A stretch of DNA of 64,000 bases from Sedimentisphaerales bacterium (GTDB taxonomy: Bacteria; Planctomycetota; Phycisphaerae; Sedimentisphaerales; SM23-30): contig CAXXFK010000024.1 in assembly GCA_963663965.2 (NCBI GenBank), forward strand, positions 1 to 64,000. The letters run 5' to 3'. Position 1 is the stretch's first letter. Every line of letters begins with the position of its first letter. The notes below the pieces were generated by a model. That model was not told where the DNA came from and did no database searches. It saw nothing but the letters and a program-made list of their open reading frames with translations. Made by a program: the position numbers and the translations under genes. Below are positions 29,248 to 43,780 of this stretch, in pieces.

Positions 29248-30294
29248 ATGAATACCCGATTCACATTTTTATTGTTATTTCTATTAATTTCAGGATCTCA
29301 TGGTATTGTATCCGGTGGCGATTACGATACAGGAGATTTTGCTGTTGAGGTGGTTTATTTTCAACCGGGTATCGGAATTCCAACGGATCGTATAACCGGG
29401 CAGCAATTCAATGATCCTAACGCAGCGCTTGGCCGCCCGGTAATTGATTCAACCGGGGACAACTGGTCAATTCCCCTATCCCGTCTCATCCCGGTCAATC
29501 CGCTGTATCCTGCATTTCGTTCTTACGAAATCGTTACTATTGGTTATGGCGGTGAACTGGTTTTGAAATTTAATCATCCAGTATCCAACGATGCCAATAA
29601 TCCTTTTGGTATTGATTTTATTATCTTCGGTAATAGTATGAATCAATCTGCGAATGGAATCCTGTATAATGGGAACGACCCGAATGGTTTTGGTGTATCT
29701 TCAAAGCTTAGCGGAGAATATGGCATCGTTTCGGTAAGTCAGGATGGGATCGTCTGGCAGTCCTTTACAGACGGTCCTTACGCAGACAGTTTTGCTCCCA
29801 CCCTGGGACGCACGATTAATCTTAACACGCCTGATCCGGGTTTAGGAAGTTGGAACCAATGGTGGGGAGAACCGACGAATCCAACACTGCCCCTGGATCC
29901 GAATTTCCAGACTATTCATTCCGGGACCGAATCGTTACTGGATCTCTGTAAAAATTATGGCCAATCCGCCGGTGGAACGGGATTTGATCTGGAAAGGCTT
30001 ACTCCCCCCCTGTCCTGGTTCCAATATATAAAAGTTGAGGCGCCATCAAATGGTAATACCCCGGAAATTGACGCCGTTGCCGATGTCGCCTGTTGCGGTG
30101 ATTATCGTCATCCTGTTGTTGAAAGCGATATTGATGGGAATTGTTTGGTTGATATCGACGATCTGTGTCTTCTGACAGATAACTGGTTGAATCCAAAACT
30201 ATCGCCTGCCACTGAAAATACCCCAATTTTTAACGTCCACGCGCTGGCTCTGATATCAGCCGACTGGCTCAGTTGCTCCTGGGATTGCCCTTGA
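29248..30294 (+). CDS. Secreted BtuH-like cell-surface protein with dockerin-like tail (putative corrinoid-binding)
   Basis: Signal peptide. VTIGYGGELVLKFNHPVSN...DFIIFGN...EYGIVSVSQDG...GFDL...YIKV...EIDAV resembles Bacteroidetes B12-locus surface proteins. Directly behind the riboswitch. Confidence 0.6.
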   Translation: MNTRFTFLLLFLLISGSHGIVSGGDYDTGDFAVEVVYFQPGIGIPTDRITGQQFNDPNAALGRPVIDSTGDNWSIPLSRLIPVNPLYPAFRSYEIVTIGYGGELVLKFNHPVSNDANNPFGIDFIIFGNSMNQSANGILYNGNDPNGFGVSSKLSGEYGIVSVSQDGIVWQSFTDGPYADSFAPTLGRTINLNTPDPGLGSWNQWWGEPTNPTLPLDPNFQTIHSGTESLLDLCKNYGQSAGGTGFDLERLTPPLSWFQYIKVEAPSNGNTPEIDAVADVACCGDYRHPVVESDIDGNCLVDIDDLCLLTDNWLNPKLSPATENTPIFNVHALALISADWLSCSWDCP

Positions 30295-31052
30295 AATCGA
30301 AAGCATTTACATTAATTGAACTGCTGGTAGTTATCGCAATCATCGGAATTCTGGTTGCTATTATGATGCCAGCGCTGGGACGGGCGCGTCGATCGTCGCA
30401 AAGCGTCAAATGCCTGAGCAATTTACGTCAATGTCATATCGCAGCCTCCTGTTATAATATTTCCCAAAATGATTTTTATCCCATCGCCTACACTAACAAT
30501 ATTTCATCAAATCAGATGGTCATGGCGGCATGGGATTTTACAACCATAACCCAAATGGATGCCGGTGACAATTCTGTCGAGATTAAACCGGGTATTCTCT
30601 GGCGGCATACCTCCAATGGTGAGGTTCAGCAATGCCCATCGTTCAAGGGAAACAGTAACTGGCTGGCCGATCCATTTACCGGATATAATTATAATACCAG
30701 TTACATTGGAAGCGGCAGCGATGAGGCCCATCCGAAATCGGCTCGAACCGACTCAGTTCGCAAGCCAGGCCAGACGGCTTTGTTTGGAGATGGTGAATAC
30801 CAAAATGGGGCAAATAAATTCATGCGCGCTCCCTTGAATCTGATGACTGATCCCGATCAAAAGGATATTACGTTCCCACATGCCTTCCGCCATGCCGGAA
30901 CCCAGGGGTTTCGCCACCTGGGCAAAACTTCGGTCGTCTTTTGTGACGGACATGTCGAACAACTGGCTGAACGGCATGAGGCCGGACACGATCTTATCGC
31001 CCCCAATACCGGTTTTCTGTCTGAAGATAACCGGATCTATGACCTGCGGTAA
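30291..31052 (+). CDS. Prepilin-type N-terminal cleavage/methylation protein with H-X9-DG motif (DUF1559-like)
   Basis: [50 protein letters not shown]. The TTG start overlaps the upstream TGA (TTGA). Confidence 0.88.
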   Translation: MKSKAFTLIELLVVIAIIGILVAIMMPALGRARRSSQSVKCLSNLRQCHIAASCYNISQNDFYPIAYTNNISSNQMVMAAWDFTTITQMDAGDNSVEIKPGILWRHTSNGEVQQCPSFKGNSNWLADPFTGYNYNTSYIGSGSDEAHPKSARTDSVRKPGQTALFGDGEYQNGANKFMRAPLNLMTDPDQKDITFPHAFRHAGTQGFRHLGKTSVVFCDGHVEQLAERHEAGHDLIAPNTGFLSEDNRIYDLR

Positions 31053-31302
31053 AGGTTTACCCATTTTTTTATCTGCTCGGGTGAAATTCAGATATTATCT
31101 GGTATAGGGAATTCTATTGGGAAGACAGCAAAAAAGAGTTGCAATCACAAGAATTCCATCGTAACATAAAAATATATAAATTCTGTTATCAATATTCTTT
31201 ACAATTACATAACGGCCCGGGCCATAGCCGTGTTTGATCTGTCTTTATCATCTTTCTGTAACAAGATTATTTTATGGTACAGTCTCAAAATAAGGAGATT
31301 AC

Positions 31303-32316
31303 ATGACACGTATTGGAATTGTTGGACTTGGTTTTATGGGTCGCATGCATCTGGGTAACTGGATGAAATTACCGGGGTGTGAGGTCGTGGCAGTTTGTGA
31401 TTCAAATCCTGACCTGGCCAATCGTCTGGATGAACAAATTGGCAATATTGAAGGGCTGTCAAAAGAGGTCGATATGTCGCAGATGACGTTTTATCATGAT
31501 TTTGAGGTCATGTTGCAAGAAGCCAGACTGGACGCTATATCGCTGACGTTGCCAACACACCTGCATCCAGCTTTGACTGCTCGAGCGTTTAACGCCGGAG
31601 TTGATGTCTTGTGCGAAAAGCCGATGGCTTTGACTTCGGAAAAATGCGGAGAGATGTTGGAAGCCGCTCAATCAACCGGACGAAAGCTGATGATCGGTCA
31701 TTGTATCCGTTTCTGGCCGGAATATGCCTGGTTGAAAGAAATAGTCCAATCCTGCCAGTATGGCAAGGTGTTGAATGTGTGTTTCGACCGGATCAGCACC
31801 CGGCCCACCTGGAGCAGCGGAGGCTGGCTGGCCGATCCAAGCAAAAGCGGGGGTATGATTCTGGATTTGCATATCCATGACACCGATTTTGTCCATTATC
31901 TATTCGGGATACCCAAATCCGTATCCTGCCGTACGCTGGGCATACCGGAACAATCGGATTGCGTGGAAACCGATTATTTTTATGATCAGGATATGCTGAT
32001 CAGCGCCCGGGGAAGCTGGCTGGCATCGGACAGTTACGGTTTCAGAATGGCCTATGAGATTCATCTGGAACAAGCAACGATTATCTATGATTGTACCCGT
32101 GATCCGGCACTGAAGGTTTATCCCACCGGCCAGGAAGCCTTTGTGCCAGAAATTGCCAAGGGTGATGGGTACAGTCGCGAAATCGAATGGTTTTACCAAT
32201 GGATCAACGGTCAATCGGTGGAAATGGTAATTACACCTGAAGCGTCGCTAAAGAGTATCCGTATTATTGAAGCAGAGAAACAATCGGCCCAATCCGGAAC
32301 CGCTGTTACGCTCTAA
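31303..32316 (+). CDS. Gfo/Idh/MocA oxidoreductase
   Basis: GIVGLGFMG, VLCEKPMA, DLHIHDTD. Confidence 0.92.
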   Translation: MTRIGIVGLGFMGRMHLGNWMKLPGCEVVAVCDSNPDLANRLDEQIGNIEGLSKEVDMSQMTFYHDFEVMLQEARLDAISLTLPTHLHPALTARAFNAGVDVLCEKPMALTSEKCGEMLEAAQSTGRKLMIGHCIRFWPEYAWLKEIVQSCQYGKVLNVCFDRISTRPTWSSGGWLADPSKSGGMILDLHIHDTDFVHYLFGIPKSVSCRTLGIPEQSDCVETDYFYDQDMLISARGSWLASDSYGFRMAYEIHLEQATIIYDCTRDPALKVYPTGQEAFVPEIAKGDGYSREIEWFYQWINGQSVEMVITPEASLKSIRIIEAEKQSAQSGTAVTL

Positions 32317-32333
32317 AAGAAAGGATTTGTCTT

Positions 32334-33146
32334 ATGAGTCAAAGTGGACAATGGCCTGTCAGTGTCTGTACCTGGTCGGTGCAGAACGATTTTGCTACGA
32401 TCAACCGCCTGATGGAACGCCTGGGATTCAGGCATGTTCATCTGGATTTGCGTCCAGTCAGCATCGATAACGACCCGGCCTACCTGGACCGGGTAGGACA
32501 GCAAGGCTGGCACTACAGCGCGACTATGATCGGTTTTCCCCAGGAAGATTATACGACATTACAAACCATTCAAAAAACGGGTGGGATCGTTCCCGATGAA
32601 TGCTGGGAACAGAACAAAGTGATATTCGAGTCAGCCATTAAAGTAACAAGTCAACTGGGAGTCACTTTTCTAAGCAGCCATATCGGCTTTATCGATCATA
32701 CCGAGGTGACGAGTTATCAACTGCTGAAAGATCGGTTTCTCGGTTTGGCGGATCTGGCCGGCGAACTGGGTGTCAAACTCCTGCTCGAAACCGGACAGGA
32801 AACTGCCCAGGATTTACAACATTTTCTGGAAGACCTGAATCATTCGGCCGTCGGCGTGAATTTCGATCCGGCGAATATGATCCTTTACGGTAAAGGCAAA
32901 CCGCTGGAAGCGGTTCGCATACTGGCAAACTGGATCGACCATATTCACATTAAAGACGCCGTTCCCAGCGCTGTGCCGGGCACATGGGGAAGTGAAGTGG
33001 TCTGGGGTGAAGGACAGGCCGGCGGACGTCAATTCTTGCAGACACTGAAAGATCTGAATTATGGCGGCGCCCTGGCGGTGGAACGGGAAGGCGGCGACCA
33101 GCGTGAAGCGGATATTCAAACGGCTATTAAGTTTTTGATGAGTTAA
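32334..33146 (+). CDS. Sugar-phosphate isomerase/epimerase (xylose isomerase-like TIM barrel)
   Basis: LLETGQE, VNFDPANMILY, HIHIKDA, LAVERE. Confidence 0.88.
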   Translation: MSQSGQWPVSVCTWSVQNDFATINRLMERLGFRHVHLDLRPVSIDNDPAYLDRVGQQGWHYSATMIGFPQEDYTTLQTIQKTGGIVPDECWEQNKVIFESAIKVTSQLGVTFLSSHIGFIDHTEVTSYQLLKDRFLGLADLAGELGVKLLLETGQETAQDLQHFLEDLNHSAVGVNFDPANMILYGKGKPLEAVRILANWIDHIHIKDAVPSAVPGTWGSEVVWGEGQAGGRQFLQTLKDLNYGGALAVEREGGDQREADIQTAIKFLMS

Positions 33147-33207
33147 TACGAGTGTTCCATAGAATTTATCAGTTATCAAATATCAACCGTTTTTCAGGAG
33201 AATCATT

Positions 33208-34455
33208 ATGACGGCATCTATATCGATGAATGTGCGGATTCGCTTGAGTCTGATGATGTTCATGCAATATCTCTATTTTGCGGTGTTTTTTGTGCCGCTG
33301 GCGGCTTACATCGGGAATATTGGCGTTGAAGGGGCCTTGTTGGCCACCATTATGAGTTCTATGCCCCTTGGCAGCCTGATGTCACCGATTATCTGCATGA
33401 TCGCGGACCGACATTTCGCCAGTCAAAAGGTTCTGGCGGTTTTAAATGTCATTTGCGCCATTCTGTTATTTGTTGCGGCAAAAACAACTGCGCCTGTCGG
33501 GCTTTTTATCGTTTTACTCATCGCCATGTTCTGCTATATGCCAACCTGGAGTCTGACCAATGCAATTGCACTGGCCCACTATCCGCCGGAAAAATTTCCT
33601 CAGATTCGTTCTCTGGGATCTATTGGCTGGGTCTCTTCAGGTCTTTTTGGTCTTATCGCCCTGAAAATTTTTAACACCACCATTGATGGCACAGCCATCC
33701 CATTGATCTGTGGTGCGGTCACCGCTCTGGTTGCAGCCGTATTGAATTTAACCTTACCCCATACTCCCCCTCCGGCCAAAGGCCAGAAAGCATCCTGGAT
33801 CGACGCTTTGGGTCTACCAGCACTAAAACTCATGAAGGATCGTGATTTCTGCATTTTTATGATTTTATCCATGTTGATGATGACCCCGTTTGTGACCTAT
33901 TTTTCGTTTGGCTCTGCCTTTTTCCAGGACAAGGGATTCAAGCTCGTTACCGTGACCATGAACTGGGGACAGTTGGTTGAAATGTTCCTGATGCTGCTGG
34001 TACCGCTTGCCCTGGCAAAATTCGGCATCAAATGGACGATGGTACTGGGATTGGCCGGTATGGTTTTGCGTTATCTGGCCTTTTGGGGAGGCAGTGTTAA
34101 CGATTTAACGCTTTTGTATTATGTCGCCATCTTCACTCATGGCTTGATTTTTGGATTCTTTATTGTGGGCGGCCAGGTTTATATTGACAAAAAGGCGCCC
34201 AAGGAAATGCGAGCGCAAGCCCAGGGCCTGATGGGCCTGCTCTGCTTCGGAGTCGGCTGGCTGGCGGGTAATTATATCAACGGATTCCTGCTCAAACACT
34301 ACAAGGTTATCGATGACGCCGGCGTGGCCGTCACCGACTGGCAAACGATCTGGAAGATTATTACATTTGCCTCTATCATTCTGATGATCGCTTTTGCGGT
34401 CCTGTTCCGAGGCGTTTCAACTGAAACCAAAGCCGAAGCAACGGCTACTGCTTGA
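33208..34455 (+). CDS. MFS transporter, NupG/YegT (nucleoside:H+ symporter)-like
   Basis: RLSLMMFMQY, IADRHF, FPQIRSLGSIGW, GQLVE, YIDKKAPKEMRAQAQGL. About 12 TM segments. Confidence 0.9.
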   Translation: MTASISMNVRIRLSLMMFMQYLYFAVFFVPLAAYIGNIGVEGALLATIMSSMPLGSLMSPIICMIADRHFASQKVLAVLNVICAILLFVAAKTTAPVGLFIVLLIAMFCYMPTWSLTNAIALAHYPPEKFPQIRSLGSIGWVSSGLFGLIALKIFNTTIDGTAIPLICGAVTALVAAVLNLTLPHTPPPAKGQKASWIDALGLPALKLMKDRDFCIFMILSMLMMTPFVTYFSFGSAFFQDKGFKLVTVTMNWGQLVEMFLMLLVPLALAKFGIKWTMVLGLAGMVLRYLAFWGGSVNDLTLLYYVAIFTHGLIFGFFIVGGQVYIDKKAPKEMRAQAQGLMGLLCFGVGWLAGNYINGFLLKHYKVIDDAGVAVTDWQTIWKIITFASIILMIAFAVLFRGVSTETKAEATATA

Positions 34456-34479
34456 TACTAACCAAATTTATCATCATAT

Positions 34480-34516
34480 AAGAGACCGGCAGAATCCTTC
34501 TGCGGGTCTTTTTTTA
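34480..34516 (+). terminator. Intrinsic terminator
   Basis: GACC-G-GCAGAA-TCC-TTCTGC-G-GGTC followed by a T run. Confidence 0.7.
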
Positions 34517-34615
34517 TTGGTTATTTTAATCGTATAATTTTTAAGCATCAGGTAAACATATATCAGTATTGAGTTATATCAAGGATTCAAACCATCTGGT
34601 TATGTAACCAAACAT

Positions 34616-34652
34616 AAAGGGCGTCCCTAAGCTAATGTTAGAGGCGCCCTTT
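34616..34652 (-). terminator. Hairpin downstream of the GH2 gene
   Basis: AAAGGGCGTC...GGCGCCCTTT imperfect inverted repeat. Confidence 0.5.
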
Positions 34653-34679
34653 TCATGTCTATTTAGCAAGGTATAATTA

Positions 34680-38655
<3,976 letters not shown>

Positions 38656-38780
38656 CTAAAACAAACTAAAGAAATAAGATTCGCTTATTAGAGCAAGAAT
38701 CTCAGTTTGAGTCAAGGCCCGATCAAAAGTTTTATTTCATTCTAACTCTCTCATGGATGTACGACTGAGGAATAATAACA

Positions 38781-38812
38781 TAAGGGAGCTTCAACCAGTG
38801 AAGCTCCCTTAT
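38781..38812 (-). terminator. Intrinsic terminator after LamG genes
   Basis: TAAGGGAGCTTCA-ACCAG-TGAAGCTCCCTTA. Confidence 0.7.
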
Positions 38813-38836
38813 TTATATAATAAAACACTCTATACT

Positions 38837-40810
38837 TTACGGATAACAGGTCGGAACCAGGTTACAATCCATCCAGGATTCAATCAACATGGCAAAATCG
38901 ACCAAATTAACGATACAATCTTCATTCAAATCGTAATCCAAACCGGTCACACTATCCACACACATTGAGGTTCCTGTGATATCGGTAAAAAGATGGGCCA
39001 CTTCATATTTATCCAGAGGATAGTTCCAAACCTGGACTTCGTCAAGCAGGCCACGGAAATTGTTGCCCGGGTTGCTGTCGGTACCGCCGATACGAATGGT
39101 ACCGCTACTGCCGCCCAGGAACGATCCGGAACTCTGGCTGGCCAATACTCCATCGCGATACAGCTTCAGTTCATCGGAAACCGCATCATAAGTATAAGTA
39201 TAAAGCTGCCATTTTCCGGTATCGGTCCGTCCGGAAGTTTCAATTTTAACATTGGGCAAATTGAAAACTAAACCACCGCCATATGTTACTTGCTTATCTG
39301 CAAGAGACCAGCCGTTACTTCCATGCTTGCGGATAATGCTATACCAGCCGCCTGTGTTAACATGGGCATCAGGATTGACCCAGAGCGAAACGGTCAGGCC
39401 GGCATCATAGAAGTTGAAGAACGATTCAGAACCGGGGATATCGACGAATGATCCATCGCCGGTAACCTGAATAGCCTGGCCGGAAATGCCTTCGGCAAAT
39501 ACCGGCTCGGGCGTAATCTCATCCAGATCATTGGGATCGGTATAAACACCATCCCATTCAGCAATGGAATCGGTCAGATCGTTTTCAAAACCCCATAGCG
39601 CTATCTGACGGGCCACCCTAACACCAACGGAATTGGTGGTGACTGAGGCCCCTTCACTATTTTCTGCTACGCAATAATAAAAGCCTTCTTTGGCCATATC
39701 CATATTCTCAATGGCCAGCGTCGCTTCGGTACCCACTACGGTTTCGGTTTCGGCCGCATTATACCACTTCCAATCTACCGCGTTGTAAATCAGGGTAGAT
39801 AACGTGGCGGTTTCGCCTTCAAACGAAACGGTGGGAAACGGTTGTACTTTGACATAGGGTTCCGCTCCAACCGTGGTAAAACTCCAGGGGTTGCCGGGAA
39901 TTACGGTAGCACCGTCACGGACATCGACGCGCCAGTAATACAGGGTGTTATAATCCAGCGTGGTTGTCGCGACGGAAAGCGTATCAATATTGGAGGCGGT
40001 AAAAACCGGAGTGAGAATATTGGGATCCGTTCCGACTGATACATCGTAACCGGTAGGAGTCACCAGATAAGGCGAATTCCATTGCAGGGTCGGCTCGATA
40101 GATACTGGGGTTTCGCCATCGGCCGGCGCTACAATCGTCGCATTGGATGGCCACGATACCTTCACAACGTCTTCAGGGGTCAGGGCGTGATTAAAGACCA
40201 TGAATTCATCAATCAAGCCATCATAATATGTGTTATTATCGCGGATATCGGCACCCATGCCAAACTGAATGGCGCTGTTGAGAATCTTAACGCCGCCGGA
40301 GCCGCTGCCGACAAACTGGCCATCGACATAAATTTTGCCAACGCCGGCCTCGGCGGTGACCAACAGATGATGCCACTGGCCGTCATTGAAGCCTGATCCG
40401 GCGCTGAATTTAAATCCATCACCATCCCGCCAAGTCCAGATAGCAATTTTGCCGGCATCGAGCCGAACCTGGAACTGGCCGTTGTAACCGCCATTACGCT
40501 GCTGAACCAGAACGCCATTGCCGTTGAGGGTGGAATTGAACCACAACGAAACCGAATAGCTCGAACCACTCAGGGACATTTCCGTTGGAAACTTGACCAT
40601 TCCCGAAGAGCCGTCAAATTTCAGGGCCTTGCCGGAAATGCCATCAGCCCACGTTACTCCGCCGGTGGTTACGGCAGTAAACTCATTGATGGTGGAATCG
40701 GTCAGATTGGCGCCGGTTCCTTCATCCAGTTTCCAGTAACTGACCAGGTCGGCCTGCGCCATACTAATAAATACTAAGATAAAGAGTAAGGATAAAATTG
40801 TCTTTTTCAT
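38837..40810 (-). CDS. Secreted protein with two LamG/ConA-like domains, FN3/Ig and dockerin-like tail
   Basis: Start MKKTILS at 40810. LVSYWKLDEG...GLIDEFMVFNHAL and FRGLLDEVQVWNYPL. Tail YDLNEDCIVNLVDF. Confidence 0.85.
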   Translation of the reverse strand: MKKTILSLLFILVFISMAQADLVSYWKLDEGTGANLTDSTINEFTAVTTGGVTWADGISGKALKFDGSSGMVKFPTEMSLSGSSYSVSLWFNSTLNGNGVLVQQRNGGYNGQFQVRLDAGKIAIWTWRDGDGFKFSAGSGFNDGQWHHLLVTAEAGVGKIYVDGQFVGSGSGGVKILNSAIQFGMGADIRDNNTYYDGLIDEFMVFNHALTPEDVVKVSWPSNATIVAPADGETPVSIEPTLQWNSPYLVTPTGYDVSVGTDPNILTPVFTASNIDTLSVATTTLDYNTLYYWRVDVRDGATVIPGNPWSFTTVGAEPYVKVQPFPTVSFEGETATLSTLIYNAVDWKWYNAAETETVVGTEATLAIENMDMAKEGFYYCVAENSEGASVTTNSVGVRVARQIALWGFENDLTDSIAEWDGVYTDPNDLDEITPEPVFAEGISGQAIQVTGDGSFVDIPGSESFFNFYDAGLTVSLWVNPDAHVNTGGWYSIIRKHGSNGWSLADKQVTYGGGLVFNLPNVKIETSGRTDTGKWQLYTYTYDAVSDELKLYRDGVLASQSSGSFLGGSSGTIRIGGTDSNPGNNFRGLLDEVQVWNYPLDKYEVAHLFTDITGTSMCVDSVTGLDYDLNEDCIVNLVDFAMLIESWMDCNLVPTCYP

Positions 40811-40860
40811 AATAGTTTCTCCTATATTAAGCAGTTCAGTATGCCTGAGCTGACCATGGG

Positions 40861-42966
40861 TTATCGACAATCCGGAACGATATTGCAATTCATCCAGCTA
40901 CTAATCAGTAACGATAGATCTTCAACATCGACTTTGCAGTCCTGATTCAGGTCGAAAGCAACCGCTTCGACACAAATCACTTCATCCGTCGCGACTTCTG
41001 TATAAAGCGCAGCCGCTTCATAAGCATTCAGGGCATAATTGAAGAAGCGAATATCATCAACTGCACCGGTATACTTCTGGCCACCACCACGGACATCGCC
41101 GACATAGAAGACCGTATCGAATCCATTGTAACTGACACCGGCTCCACCGGAGACATCCACTCCATTGAGGTACCATCTCCATGATTTTGTTTCGCCATTG
41201 AAGGAGACTACCACATGCTGCCATTCTTCGCGCGGAGCGTTACCCACCGGATAGCTATAGGAGCCATGGACACCATGAGCATACTGGTCAGCACCATGGC
41301 GGTTCAGTTCAAGATTTTCATAACCGGCATCTGCGCCTGACGCGATAAAAGATTGCCATTCCCCTTCGGTGGCGGAAGCCTTTTCCCACAAGCTCAAAGT
41401 CCAGCTAAATGAGGTATAGGCATCGGTAGGTAACGTTATCGGACTGGAAAAGGAAGTCAAATTAAGCGCCTGTCCCAGCACACCTTCAACATAATTGGGC
41501 TCGGACCCGACGGGGGTTCCGTCGAAACCTGCCACACTGTCTGTTAAATCGCCATCGAATTTCCAATTGCATAACATGCGTTCGGTATTCAACCATGCGA
41601 CATCAGACGTTGCCGAAGCGCCAGTAGCACCAATCACGGCCTCAAAATAGTAAGATCCTTCATTTTCAATGGCAACATTTTCAATCGTCAGCACTTTTCC
41701 ACTACCCAGCGCTTCATCGTCTCCAACGGGATTGACTTTGAACCAGTTGTATTGGATATCGGTTTCATCGCCGGTAGAAGGATTGGTGGCATTGGCGGTA
41801 AATTCAGCCATTTCGCCTGCTGCAACCAACAGATCGAACGGAGTAGCTGCATCGATTACGGGTAATTCCGGGGCTGTGGTGAATGACCATACAGGCCCCC
41901 GATACTCAAACGGATTGCCATCATTGGGATCGACAGAGCCAATCTGCCAATAGTAGGTGGTATAGAAATCCAGATTATTCGTTGGATCAAAGGCCGTATC
42001 CGTCAGGGTTCCATCGGTAAACAGGTTGATATTATTGGGGTCGGTACTCAGATAAAGATTATATTGACTTGGGGCATATCCGGTCGGTGCGGTCCAACTC
42101 AGATTGGTATTGACTGGAACATCAACCGCATCGTTGGCTGGATCAGGATCTGAAACCGTTGTGGCATCGACAATCTGGAAACCGGCGATACCGGCGCTGG
42201 CCTGGCAACTGATAATAATCTGCATGGTCGGATCGCTCAGTCCCTCAAAAATGGCCACGTTAGCATACTGGGAATAATCGCCTTCAGTCGTTACCGAGGC
42301 AATATGCCAGATAGATTCATCTTCGTCCAGATGCGCTTTGTACATACGGGTTTTCATGGAAATATAATCAGTCTGCCCATTGTAAGTTATGGTTTGTAGA
42401 GGTACCTGGTTAGCGCCATCATTCCATCCATCACCCAGCCATTCAGTTTGATAATAATAAGTGGTCCCACCTGCCGTAATACTGGCATTGCGGCTATGGG
42501 CGTCATTGGTCAAATAAACAATCATATTATACCGTTTAAAAGGGATATTGTTAACGCTAACCAACGGACGATTTTCTGATCCGCTATTACAACCGATATT
42601 GCTGTAATTAACCCTGATTGTATTTTTTTCCCAGTCAGTCAACAACCCCTCAGTACCGCTATCGATATTCAGATACACATTATAATACTCATAATCCCGA
42701 TTAACGGTGAAGTTCACACTCGTGGGATTATTTAACGAGTCCACCAAGCTGCCATAGGTGGTGCCATTTTCCGCTCTGAGAACCTGATTCCAGTAGGCCA
42801 CGGGGACATAACCGGCAACTTGCGATTCCGGCGTCCTCAGGTTATCATGATAATCCCAACCAGCATCATAGTGTCTGAAACTCACACTGATACAGTTTTG
42901 TTGTGCCTGGATAATTCCAGTCAAGGTCAACAAAAACGCAAAAAGCCAAACTACAGACCTTTTCAT
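40861..42966 (-). CDS. Secreted protein with FN3/Ig, LamG domain and dockerin-like tail
   Basis: Signal peptide, TTYYWQI...GPVWSFTT, YTGAVDDIRFFNYAL. Tail FDLNQDCKVDVEDL. Confidence 0.85.
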   Translation of the reverse strand: MKRSVVWLFAFLLTLTGIIQAQQNCISVSFRHYDAGWDYHDNLRTPESQVAGYVPVAYWNQVLRAENGTTYGSLVDSLNNPTSVNFTVNRDYEYYNVYLNIDSGTEGLLTDWEKNTIRVNYSNIGCNSGSENRPLVSVNNIPFKRYNMIVYLTNDAHSRNASITAGGTTYYYQTEWLGDGWNDGANQVPLQTITYNGQTDYISMKTRMYKAHLDEDESIWHIASVTTEGDYSQYANVAIFEGLSDPTMQIIISCQASAGIAGFQIVDATTVSDPDPANDAVDVPVNTNLSWTAPTGYAPSQYNLYLSTDPNNINLFTDGTLTDTAFDPTNNLDFYTTYYWQIGSVDPNDGNPFEYRGPVWSFTTAPELPVIDAATPFDLLVAAGEMAEFTANATNPSTGDETDIQYNWFKVNPVGDDEALGSGKVLTIENVAIENEGSYYFEAVIGATGASATSDVAWLNTERMLCNWKFDGDLTDSVAGFDGTPVGSEPNYVEGVLGQALNLTSFSSPITLPTDAYTSFSWTLSLWEKASATEGEWQSFIASGADAGYENLELNRHGADQYAHGVHGSYSYPVGNAPREEWQHVVVSFNGETKSWRWYLNGVDVSGGAGVSYNGFDTVFYVGDVRGGGQKYTGAVDDIRFFNYALNAYEAAALYTEVATDEVICVEAVAFDLNQDCKVDVEDLSLLISSWMNCNIVPDCR

Positions 42967-43780
42967 AGTTCTACTCCTATCTTCAAGGGATGATATAGAT
43001 TATTTCCGACTACATTGCCGAAATAACGATAGTTGAAATAAGACCCGACACTGGTTTCGACATCTCTTCTCTTCAAATCAATTTTTTGATTCAATATAGT
43101 AAATTTCTCTATTCTCAATATCACTCTGCGTACTTTACTCAAACAATATAAAAGCTTATTTATTCACATCAGTTGCCGCCAAATTGTTATTATCAACAAC
43201 TTATGAATCTTTTGACATTATGAACGATCATCAACTATATACATAGCTGCCCCTTTATTTGACACACATATGCTATTAAGCATTTTATCTTTCTATCGTC
43301 AAAAAACAAATAGAGGAAAGTATGATAATGATGGAAAAAAGTAATAACCAACCAATAACTTTCTAGAATCTGGCTTGCCCATTAAATCTTATGCTGAAAA
43401 CAAGATATTCTTTAACAATTCTCTAATACTTGTTTTACAGGCAGGTAAAAATCCCAATTTTCTATCGAGACTTATAAAGTCTCTAAATAGTTACTGTTAC
43501 AGCATTGCATGGAAGATTGCCTGGTAATATACTATCATTCAGGAATCAACATAAAACCAAAGTCACCACGAAATATATCCGCACCTAAAAAAGGTTTATC
43601 AATCAACCACTTATTGGTTACTATTCATTAAAAAATTATATATTGAGGATTTTTTGTACGCTAAATATTTTAAAGTCCAGATAATATCTGACCAAAGAAA
43701 CTTCACATAAGATTGTATCGATCATCAAAAATGTATATTCGTATTGACCTATGTTTCACCAGGCTAATTGAATAAATTAC

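Noticed and set aside
42967..43780. ~800-bp AT-rich gap as ncRNA or CRISPR
   Set aside because: No regularly spaced repeats or convincing structure were seen. Probably promoter/regulatory DNA for the LamG genes. No CRISPR array or cas gene was seen anywhere in the window.
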